The notes under the pieces are model-generated. The model was not told the origin of the DNA. It did no database searches and saw nothing but the letters and a program-made list of their open reading frames with translations. Of a DNA stretch of 64,000 bases, positions 18,676 through 26,301 are shown piece by piece. Source of the DNA: Candidatus Aenigmatarchaeota archaeon. Lineage in GTDB: Archaea; Aenigmatarchaeota; Aenigmatarchaeia; CG10238-14; SpSt-28. Location: assembly GCA_032249395.1 (NCBI GenBank), contig JAVVFY010000002.1, positions 32,001 through 96,000 of the forward strand. Direction: 5' to 3'. Both the position numbers and the translations under genes were made by a program. How positions within the stretch are numbered: position 1 is the stretch's first letter; the number at the start of each line of letters is the position of its first letter.

Positions 18676-18680
18676 TTCCA
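18607..18680 (+). tRNA. Second tRNA-Pro(TGG) copy with altered acceptor stem (two G:U pairs); possibly pseudo-tRNA or att-like remnant
   Basis: 3' end is CGTTTCC-A instead of CGTCCCC-A. Confidence 0.7.
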
Positions 18681-18716
18681 CTTGAATTAATTAAGTTTAA
18701 TATTCAGAATATCTAT

Positions 18717-19595
18717 ATGGATACGCTAGTAATTAGTGGTATAAACTCTATAAATCTTGCAAAAAGGATTGGAAGAAGAATAAAAGCGAAATTTATAAGT
18801 TTAGAATATAAGAAGTTTCCAGATGGTGAACTATACCTTAGATTGAAAAGCAAAATAAATAAAGGAAACGTAATTTTAGTGGAAACTCTTTACCCTCAAA
18901 ACGATTCTATAATAGAGCTTCTTTTTTTGCTTGATCTAATTAACGAGTTTAAACCAAAGAGTGTTACTCTTGTTTTACCATATTTCGCATACGCCAGACA
19001 ACACAAAAGATACAGAAATTTTGAAGCAATTTCTGCAAAAACTCTTGCTAAACTAATCCAGAGCTTTGGAATCAATAAAATAATAGCAGTTAATCTACAT
19101 TCCGAAGAAGTAATAAAATTTTTTGATATACCTGTTGTAAATTTAGCTGCAGAGAAATTAATAGCTGAATATTTCTTAAGTAAAAACCTAAAAAATCCTT
19201 TTGTTTTAATTCCAGACCAAGAGAGAGAAGAAATGGCAAAGAACGCAGCAGAAATTTTAAAATGCGAATATTCTTTTCTAAAAAAATATAGAAGCAGAGT
19301 TACTGGAGAAATAAAAACTGAAATTTTTAAAGATTTTGATTTGAAAGGCAAAGATGTCATTATTCTAGATGACATAATAAGCAGTGGAAAAACAATGTTA
19401 AATGCAATTAAGATAGTTAAAAAGAAAAAAGCTAGGAAAATATTTGTTTCATGTGTTCATTACATCCCTTCGAGTATATACAAGAAATTTTTAAAACTCG
19501 GCGTTAAAGAAGTTGTAGCTACAAACACAATTCCTTCGGAAATAAGCAAAATAGATATCTCTCCATTAATTTCAAAAGAGATTGAAAATTTATAA
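18717..19595 (+). CDS. prs: Ribose-phosphate pyrophosphokinase
   Basis: FPDGE, PYFAYARQ, VNLHS, ILDDIISSGKT, TNTIP. Confidence 0.92.
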   Translation: MDTLVISGINSINLAKRIGRRIKAKFISLEYKKFPDGELYLRLKSKINKGNVILVETLYPQNDSIIELLFLLDLINEFKPKSVTLVLPYFAYARQHKRYRNFEAISAKTLAKLIQSFGINKIIAVNLHSEEVIKFFDIPVVNLAAEKLIAEYFLSKNLKNPFVLIPDQEREEMAKNAAEILKCEYSFLKKYRSRVTGEIKTEIFKDFDLKGKDVIILDDIISSGKTMLNAIKIVKKKKARKIFVSCVHYIPSSIYKKFLKLGVKEVVATNTIPSEISKIDISPLISKEIENL

Positions 19596-19618
19596 AATAG
19601 AAGAATTAAATTAGAGTA

Positions 19619-20296
19619 ATGGAAATAGTTAAAGAAATTATAGAAAATCCAACGAAAATTGCAAACTACATTGAACATACTAACGTTAAAGTTGAATCCA
19701 CAAAGAAAGATATTGAAAATTTGTGTAAAGAGGTTTTAAAGTATAATTTTTATGGTGCTGTTGTTCTTCCTTACCATGTAAAGCTAGCAAGAAAAATTTT
19801 GAAGAATAAAGCTAAAGTTATAACTGTTATTGGATTTCCCTACGGTATACAAAGCACAAGAGCTAAGGTTGCCGAAGTAGAAGATGTTTTTGAATATGTA
19901 GATGAGTTTGATATGGTATTTAATAGAAACGCATTTCTCAACAAAGATTATAAATTAGTTGTAAAGGATATTAAATCTGTAGTAAATGCAGCAAAACCAA
20001 AAGTAGTAAAAGTAATAATAGAAACTCCATCTCTAACAAAAGAGCAAATAAAAATTGCTTCTAAGCTTGTGATTAGAGGTAATGCTCACTTTGTTAAAAC
20101 TGCAGTAGGATATAGCGGAGCAGCTAAAGTCGAAGACGTTAAAATCATAAAAAGAGTAGTGGGTGACAAAATAAAAATTAAAGCGTCTGGGGGGATAAAG
20201 GATTTTAATCAGGCACTAGAAATGATAAAAGCTGGTGCCGATAGAATAGGAAGTTCTCACGGAGTTGATATTATAAAAACTTCACAAAAGATCTAA
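19619..20296 (+). CDS. deoC: Deoxyribose-phosphate aldolase
   Basis: TVIGFPYG, VKVIIET, FVKT, IKASGGI, GADRIGSS. Confidence 0.94.
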   Translation: MEIVKEIIENPTKIANYIEHTNVKVESTKKDIENLCKEVLKYNFYGAVVLPYHVKLARKILKNKAKVITVIGFPYGIQSTRAKVAEVEDVFEYVDEFDMVFNRNAFLNKDYKLVVKDIKSVVNAAKPKVVKVIIETPSLTKEQIKIASKLVIRGNAHFVKTAVGYSGAAKVEDVKIIKRVVGDKIKIKASGGIKDFNQALEMIKAGADRIGSSHGVDIIKTSQKI

Positions 20297-20297
20297 G

Positions 20298-21398
20298 TTA
20301 AGTGGAATATGAGTATATTTTAACTATATTGTTGCTAAAATAGATTTCTCCTTCTGTAAGCAAAGAAATTGAAACTTTGTTTGAAGGAGATAATAAAAGA
20401 TTGTTACCCATTAAATCTTTAGTTATATTCAATCTAAAAGCAGTAATTGGAAGTTTTCCTATAAACACTTTTTGATTATTGACTTTGATTTCAACTGAGG
20501 GATAACCTTGTTGTACCAATGTAGAAGAAAACTCCAAAGCATAGAAATTATCTATTTCGCTTTGAGACAAAGGAACTTCAAAGGAAAAAGGCATAGATTT
20601 ATACTTAACTATAACTCTAGCATCAAAAATATTGTAAGATGTTTTAGATAAAACTCTGAATCCTTCATTTTTTACTTCAATATTTATAAAATTCATTTCT
20701 TTTATCTCGCTCACATTTATAGGTATCTCTTCAAATCCTTGAGTAGCTTTTTTCATAAATATAACATTTCCATTGAATTTGACTACTAAAAGACCGGAAC
20801 CTTTAACATCTGCTATGGCTATTTTAATTTTAGCTTCCTCGATCTCCATTCTTTCTGGCTTTAAAATAAGCGTTGCCGACTTCGAGGAGAATAAGGACCT
20901 TTCAACTATAAAATCAGACTTACTATCTACTATTTTCTCATTTCCAAAATTAGAAACTTTAAAATCTTCTATAGAAAATGAGCGAGAGGTTAAAGTTAAA
21001 GTTGGTGCAACGTATACTTTAACATAAATTGCGTCTTCTCCACCTTTACCTCTAGCTATTATATAACCTGAATACGTACCATAACCAGTTGGAGAATTTA
21101 GAATTGCTTTTATTTCTTTTTCTCCTATAACATTAAAGTTGTTCTCGCTAAACGAGATTATTTGTGAAAGAGTTTCGTTAGCGATCAGATTTACGTTTGT
21201 CAGGTTTCCTATGACTTTAAACGTTATTGTTTTTTGAGAGTTTGGTAGCATTCTTATTGAAATGCTTCTTGGTTCCAAAGAAGGAGGCAATTCTTGAGGA
21301 GTCGCCCAAAAAATAAGCATAATTCCTATGAAGACTAACGCACCTAATAAAATGAAGACAAACTCATCTATTATCATTTGTTTTGCCTGAGATTTCAT
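20298..21398 (-). CDS. Hypothetical membrane-anchored surface protein (N-terminal TM, beta-rich ectodomain)
   Basis: MKSQ followed by a hydrophobic helix (class III-like signal); beta-strand-rich body. Confidence 0.7.
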   Translation of the reverse strand: MKSQAKQMIIDEFVFILLGALVFIGIMLIFWATPQELPPSLEPRSISIRMLPNSQKTITFKVIGNLTNVNLIANETLSQIISFSENNFNVIGEKEIKAILNSPTGYGTYSGYIIARGKGGEDAIYVKVYVAPTLTLTSRSFSIEDFKVSNFGNEKIVDSKSDFIVERSLFSSKSATLILKPERMEIEEAKIKIAIADVKGSGLLVVKFNGNVIFMKKATQGFEEIPINVSEIKEMNFINIEVKNEGFRVLSKTSYNIFDARVIVKYKSMPFSFEVPLSQSEIDNFYALEFSSTLVQQGYPSVEIKVNNQKVFIGKLPITAFRLNITKDLMGNNLLLSPSNKVSISLLTEGEIYFSNNIVKIYSYST

Positions 21399-21431
21399 AA
21401 ATTATGTTGAAAATAAGAAATAAAAATGAAA

Positions 21432-21620
21432 TTAGCCATTAATCTTCTTCAATCTAGTTATATAACCGGCAACAACGTTTCTAAGTTTTTTGGAAGGAAT
21501 GTCTACATATTTTTTAACAATTTCCTTATTTTTCTCAAAATCTGTAGTAAACTCATCCTTATGTTCTCTATAGAGTTTCTCTCCAATGTTCTTTATCATT
21601 GTTGTTTTTATCCTTCCCAC
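21432..21620 (-). CDS. rps17e: 30S ribosomal protein eS17
   Basis: GRIKTTMIK...FTTDFEKNK...SKKLRNVVAGYITR. Confidence 0.96.
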   Translation of the reverse strand: MGRIKTTMIKNIGEKLYREHKDEFTTDFEKNKEIVKKYVDIPSKKLRNVVAGYITRLKKING

Positions 21621-21628
21621 TATATCAC

Positions 21629-22189
21629 CTATGGTTTCAATCTTTTTATTTCATAATATGTGACATCATTTTCCTTATCTACTACAGCCCAAACAAAAGT
21701 AGCCCTTATGTTATGAGCTAATCTTACTGCTCTTGACATTTCTGGTAAAGAGAATGCTGCTTCTTCTGGAACAGCATGAACAATAAACTTAGTATGCTCA
21801 AAAGGCGCCTTAGGTCCTCTTTTTATCTTTACCCCTTTCTCATAAACTCTGAAATGGGCACCAAATTTATAGCCAGTTTTAACCAAATATCCTTTATTTC
21901 TTAAATCTGAGTAGACAACATACTGAGCATGGAACTGATTTAATCTACTTTCTCCTACTTTCATCATCTCTCTCAAATCTAGCATTCTTTTTTTATTGTT
22001 TTCCGTTACATAAATTTTTAACTTTCCTTTCTCGAGCAAATAAGTAGCTTCTATTAAATCTAACTCCAATCTTTCTGGAGCTTCTAGCGGCATTGGTTTT
22101 CCATAGCCGTGCTCATAGTATAAATTCGCCGCTTCCTTATCCCATATTATGACTCTTTCTTCTATCAATTCTCCTTCGAAAGCTTTCAT
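21629..22189 (-). CDS. endA: tRNA splicing endonuclease, single-unit alpha type (186 aa)
   Basis: LDLIEATYL, VYSDLRNKGYLVKTGYKFGAHFRVY, EH, VRLAH, VTYY; ORF-track extension to 22300 lies in a tRNA. Confidence 0.93.
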   Translation of the reverse strand: MKAFEGELIEERVIIWDKEAANLYYEHGYGKPMPLEAPERLELDLIEATYLLEKGKLKIYVTENNKKRMLDLREMMKVGESRLNQFHAQYVVYSDLRNKGYLVKTGYKFGAHFRVYEKGVKIKRGPKAPFEHTKFIVHAVPEEAAFSLPEMSRAVRLAHNIRATFVWAVVDKENDVTYYEIKRLKP

Positions 22190-22230
22190 AATAATATTTA
22201 GATCTTGCTTGTTATAGATTTTAACATAAT

Positions 22231-22316
22231 TGCCCCCGCCGGGATTTGAACCCGGGCCACCGGCTTTTCGCAGAAAACCGCAAGCCGGGGTTCTATCCAA
22301 TCTAAACTACGGGGGC
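22231..22316 (-). tRNA. tRNA-Arg(GCG) with 12-nt intron at 37/38 (22266-22277)
   Basis: Minus strand GCCCCCG/CGGGGGC-A; CCGGC-TT-GCG-G[TTTTCTGCGAAA]A-GCCGG; CCGGG-TTCAAAT-CCCGG. Confidence 0.92.
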
Positions 22317-22355
22317 GTAATACAATTATTTAAAAAACGAAACGAATAAAGAAAG

Positions 22356-22514
22356 ATGAGATGCACAAGCTGCAACATAGAAGTTAAGTCAAAAGAGAAT
22401 TTTGTTATATTTGATTGTCCAAAATGTGGTAAGGTTAAAATAGTTAGATGTAACTCTTGTAAATCTTTAGGAAGAAAATATAGTTGTAACGAATGTGGTT
22501 TTGTTGGACCATAA
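22356..22514 (+). CDS. Small four-CxxC zinc-finger protein (DUF1610 / HVO_2753-like), 52 aa, missing from ORF track
   Basis: MRCTSC...FDCPKCG...RCNSC...YSCNECGFVGP; typical position upstream of EF-1beta. Confidence 0.9.
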   Translation: MRCTSCNIEVKSKENFVIFDCPKCGKVKIVRCNSCKSLGRKYSCNECGFVGP

Positions 22515-22545
22515 TAGTTTTATATAAATTTTCCATATCTTTAGA

Positions 22546-22800
22546 ATGGCAAAAGTACTAGTAACATTAAGAGTAATGCCTGAGGATGTTAATACAGATT
22601 TAGAAAGTATAAAAAACGAAATATCATCTAAAATTGGTGCTCAAATAAAAGAAGTTCCAATAGCTTTCGGTATCGTTTCTCTTTATGTTTCTACAATTAT
22701 TGAAGATAAAGAAGGTGAAATAGAAAGAGTAGAAAAATTACTTAAAGAAATAAAAGGGGTTGGCGAGATAGAAGTGCTAGAAATAACTAGAACTTTATGA
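22546..22800 (+). CDS. ef1b: Translation elongation factor 1-beta
   Basis: VLVTLRVMPED, EVPIAFGI, GVGEIEV. Confidence 0.93.
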   Translation: MAKVLVTLRVMPEDVNTDLESIKNEISSKIGAQIKEVPIAFGIVSLYVSTIIEDKEGEIERVEKLLKEIKGVGEIEVLEITRTL

Positions 22801-22829
22801 GTTTTTATTTTTACAATACAATTGTATTA

Positions 22830-22903
22830 CAGGGCAGAGATGCCTACCATAGAAAGAATCAACTCTTTCTATGGTTATTAGCTCGATGATAAGAGGGCTC
22901 TGA
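22830..22903 (+). promoter_or_regulatory. Putative structured RNA or 5' leader upstream of the TRAM gene
   Basis: Perfect 12-bp stem ACCATAGAAAGA/TCTTTCTATGGT (22846-22875) enclosed by CAGGGC/GCTCTG. Confidence 0.45.
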
Positions 22904-22925
22904 ACTAAAGGGGGTTAAGGTTTAA

Positions 22926-23186
22926 ATGTTGTTTGAAAAAAGAGGTTTCGTAAGAAGATTTGCAAGAAATAATGCTCCCAAGCCTGTTAAAGTTGGAGAA
23001 GAATATGATGTAGAAATAACAGAGACCGGAAGTAAAGGAGATGGAATTGCTAGGATAAAGAATTTCGTAGTGTTTGTTCCAGGAAGCAAGAAAGGAGAAA
23101 AGAAGCACATAAAAATAAAGGAAGTTAGAACCAAGTTCGCTATAGGAGAAATTATCGAATACACTAAAAATCTTGCAGAAGGTTAA
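22926..23186 (+). CDS. Single TRAM-domain RNA-binding protein (archaeal cold-shock-like chaperone)
   Basis: PVKVGEEYDVEI...GSKGDGIARIKNFVVFVPG. Confidence 0.93.
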   Translation: MLFEKRGFVRRFARNNAPKPVKVGEEYDVEITETGSKGDGIARIKNFVVFVPGSKKGEKKHIKIKEVRTKFAIGEIIEYTKNLAEG

Positions 23187-23895
23187 TAAAGCGTTTAGAA
23201 TCGTTTAACATGAAAACATTATTAAAATAAACAAATATTTCTTTCGACTTTAATTTTTTTATTTTTTCTTTCATTTCCCTCATTTCATCATCGTTATATT
23301 GATGATAATAGTTTATTTTTCCATTTTTGTAAGAACCATGAAGTCTGAAGTATGAAATTTTTTTCGTGACAGTAGGCAACCTTTGATTCAAATCGCAAAC
23401 GTCTATTACCTCAAATTTCTTGCAGAATTTTTTTATATCATCTTTGTTCCAGCCTCTTAACTCAACACCAATTTCAAAATCTTCCCTCTCAATATTCCTA
23501 AAGAATTTTTCAGCGTTTTCCCAGTTCTCATTATTACTCTTAAAACTTTCTGGAAGTTGAATAACAATAACTTTTGTTTTTAAAATTTTTGCATACTCTA
23601 CCATCTTTCTCCAAAATTCAAAAACCTCTCTAGTTGGTTTTAAATATCCGACTCTCTCCTTGAATTTTGAGACATCGATGTTAGATCTTTTCCAAGTTCT
23701 CGATTTATGAGGATGTGTAATTCCTTGGAATGCTTTGAAATTAAAAATGAAATCTTCCTTAGCCATTTTTCTCCATTTATTCAAAAGCTTCACATCCAAT
23801 ATTTTATAGAATGTTTGTTGAATTTCAACTGTATCGAAATCTGAGAAATATTTTTTTATGGATTCAGGAAAACCGCATGTACCAACATATATCAT
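23164..23895 (-). CDS. DUF72 family protein
   Basis: IYVGTCGF, TVEIQQTFY, FKAFQGITH, QLPESF, YFRLHG, VYFNN. Confidence 0.92.
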   Translation of the reverse strand: MIYVGTCGFPESIKKYFSDFDTVEIQQTFYKILDVKLLNKWRKMAKEDFIFNFKAFQGITHPHKSRTWKRSNIDVSKFKERVGYLKPTREVFEFWRKMVEYAKILKTKVIVIQLPESFKSNNENWENAEKFFRNIEREDFEIGVELRGWNKDDIKKFCKKFEVIDVCDLNQRLPTVTKKISYFRLHGSYKNGKINYYHQYNDDEMREMKEKIKKLKSKEIFVYFNNVFMLNDSKRFINLLQDF

Positions 23896-23925
23896 AGATT
23901 AATTTTACAAAAAACTATAAAATTA

Positions 23926-24387
23926 ATGAAGATCAAAAGCTCTCTAGTATCGCAACTTTTAGATATAACTATAATATTGCTAACACTTATAACAATAGTG
24001 TTTTTAAAGATATACTACGATTTCGAACCGTTCAAACCTTCAATTCAATTTTTGCTAGTCTTATTACTTTTAGCTGCGGATTTGTATGTACTTAACGACC
24101 TAATAATAAGAAGAATATATACATACGAAATAGATGATGCTGGAGTAAAAGAAAATTTCACTATCTTTTCAAAAAGAGAAACATTTATACCATATTATAA
24201 CATAACTAACGTTGAGTTGAAAAAATCGTTCATTGGAAGAGTGTTAAATTATGGAAACGTAGAAGTAAGCTCTCCTAAAACAAAAATTATACTTATAGGA
24301 ATTAAGGACCCTGAAAGAATATACAATAAGATTAAAGAAAAGATTGAAATGTTTAAAACCAAAATAAAAGAAAATGAAGAGCATTAA
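23926..24387 (+). CDS. Membrane protein with bacterial PH domain (bPH_2)
   Basis: Two TM helices, then IPYYNITNV...GRVLNYGNVEV. Confidence 0.78.
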   Translation: MKIKSSLVSQLLDITIILLTLITIVFLKIYYDFEPFKPSIQFLLVLLLLAADLYVLNDLIIRRIYTYEIDDAGVKENFTIFSKRETFIPYYNITNVELKKSFIGRVLNYGNVEVSSPKTKIILIGIKDPERIYNKIKEKIEMFKTKIKENEEH

Positions 24388-25666
24388 AGTTTATATTGAA
24401 ACGTATGGATGTAGCGCAAACAAATCGGATACAGAAATAATGATGGGTCTGCTTAAAGGAGCGGGATTTCAAATAGTAGAATCTCCAGATACTTCAGAGA
24501 TAAACATAATAAATACATGCATTGTTAAAACACCTACAGCAAAAAGAATGGAAAGAAGAATAAAATTTCTCAGCAATTTGAACAAACCGTTAATAGTTGC
24601 TGGATGTATGGCAAAGTCGGAACCTGAAAGAATAGATAAATTTGCCCCAAAAGCTAGCAAAATAACTCCAAACGCCGTAGCTAATATAGTTGAAGTTGTA
24701 GAAAGGACACTAAAAGGAGAGAAAGTATTCTATGATAAAAGCGATATAGAAAAAGTCTTATTACCAAAGATATCATTCAATAAAATAATATCTATAGTTC
24801 AAATAGCCTCTGGTTGTCTATCTGCATGTACATTCTGCGAAACAAAAATATCGAGAGGTATTCTAAAAAGTTTTAGACCTTCATCTATAATAGAAAGAAT
24901 AAAAAAAGATTTGAAGGAGGGGTTCAAAGAATTCTGGATTACTTCTCAAGATAATGGTTGTTACGGGTTTGATTTGAATGTTAATCTAGCTGAGCTTTTG
25001 AAAAAAATTGTAGAGTTAGATGGAGAGTTTATAGTTAGAGTTGGAATGATGAATCCTTTTCATTTAATTAAAAACAAAGAGTTAGTTAATGGTTTAATTG
25101 AAGTTTACAAGTCAGAAAAGATATTTAAGTTCCTACACATTCCTCTACAATCCGGAAGCAATAAAGTTTTGAAAGATATGAGAAGAGGATATACAGTTGA
25201 GGAATTTGAAGAAATAGTAAAAGCTTTTAGAAAAGAGATTAAAGATGTCACAATTGAAACTGATATAATAGTTGGGTATCCTACAGAAACTGAGGAAGAT
25301 TTTGAAAAAACAGTAGAAGTTATAAAAAATATTAAACCTGACGTAGTAAATATTTCTAAATTTTCACCTAGACCAAAAACCCCTGCAGCTAGTTTAGCTA
25401 CTTTGCCCCCAGAAATTGTAAACAAGAGGAGCAAAATTTTGTTTAAATTAACTAGAGAGATTTCGATGAATAAAAACAAATCTTTGATTGGGAAAATAAC
25501 TAAAGTTTTCGTAGATGAAGTAGGAAAAGAAAAAAGCTATATAGCGCGCACTTTACAATACAAACCTGTAGTGATAAAAACTGAAGAAAAAATATTTGGA
25601 AAATTCGTAGACGTAGAAATTGTTGATGTAAAATCTAATTATCTCGAAGGAAAACTTGTTATTTAA
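24374..25666 (+). CDS. tRNA t6A37 methylthiotransferase (MtaB/CDKAL1-like radical SAM)
   Basis: ETYGCSAN, INTC, AGC, GCLSACTFC, HIPLQSGS, TDIIVGYP, C-terminal TRAM. Confidence 0.92.
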   Translation: MKSIKVYIETYGCSANKSDTEIMMGLLKGAGFQIVESPDTSEINIINTCIVKTPTAKRMERRIKFLSNLNKPLIVAGCMAKSEPERIDKFAPKASKITPNAVANIVEVVERTLKGEKVFYDKSDIEKVLLPKISFNKIISIVQIASGCLSACTFCETKISRGILKSFRPSSIIERIKKDLKEGFKEFWITSQDNGCYGFDLNVNLAELLKKIVELDGEFIVRVGMMNPFHLIKNKELVNGLIEVYKSEKIFKFLHIPLQSGSNKVLKDMRRGYTVEEFEEIVKAFRKEIKDVTIETDIIVGYPTETEEDFEKTVEVIKNIKPDVVNISKFSPRPKTPAASLATLPPEIVNKRSKILFKLTREISMNKNKSLIGKITKVFVDEVGKEKSYIARTLQYKPVVIKTEEKIFGKFVDVEIVDVKSNYLEGKLVI

Positions 25667-25841
25667 TCAATGGAATACTTTAAAAACTATTATCCCAAAC
25701 ATCAATATGATAGAGACAAAAATAAAGTTATACTTCATTAAAAGAAGTGATTGAATGTCAGCTTTTTTAATAATTGTTTTTAGACAAATAGTATTCATTC
25801 ATTTAATGCCGACAATAGGGAATATGTAAGGAGGTGACTGA

Positions 25842-26003
25842 ATGTCGATCTTTTGGGATGTACTTTTTGCAAACCTGGTTTCTGGAGCACTAAACACGCT
25901 ATTTTTCTGGACTTTTCCAATAATCCTTTTCTTTGTATTAAAGAGGATTCTCGGAAAGCGGTGGAGGAAAATTGAGAAGATAATTAGAAAGGTAGCTAAA
26001 TGA
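25842..26003 (+). CDS. Small membrane protein (53 aa) with basic C-terminus
   Basis: GGAGGTGA Shine-Dalgarno at 25830-25837; MSIFWDVLFANLVSGALNTLFFWTFPIILFFVLKRILGKRWRKIEKIIRKVAK. Confidence 0.6.
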   Translation: MSIFWDVLFANLVSGALNTLFFWTFPIILFFVLKRILGKRWRKIEKIIRKVAK

Positions 26004-26301
26004 ATTTTCTCATAACTTATGCTAATCCAATGAAAGATAACAAATTTAGATACAAGCGAATAGAGAAATTATCGATTGGTTAGGTAAGAAAAACCGCTAC
26101 GTTACTTTAGTTGCTACAAAAGGTAGCGAGGAGTTTAAAATTTTTGAAACTCTAAACACTAACTATACAATTCCAGGAATTCTGAGAAAAGAAGAACAAG
26201 CAAAGAACACGGTTGCAAAGTTGCTTAAAAATTAAAGTTTTGAAGTTACTCAATCTTGAGTAAAAATTTGTTATTTAAGCTATATTTTCAAAAAAATTAT
26301 A

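Noticed and set aside
16177..18680. Intact provirus or integrative element between tRNA-Pro repeats
   Set aside because: No integrase, replication or capsid gene in the 2.1-kb interval.
22190..22300. N-terminal extension of EndA in the ORF track
   Set aside because: It is translation through tRNA-Arg(GCG); homology begins at MKAFEG (22189).
22830..22903. Fluoride (crcB) riboswitch
   Set aside because: Lacks the GGCGATG...CGCC and TGATG...CTAC consensus arrangement, and the downstream gene is unrelated to fluoride.
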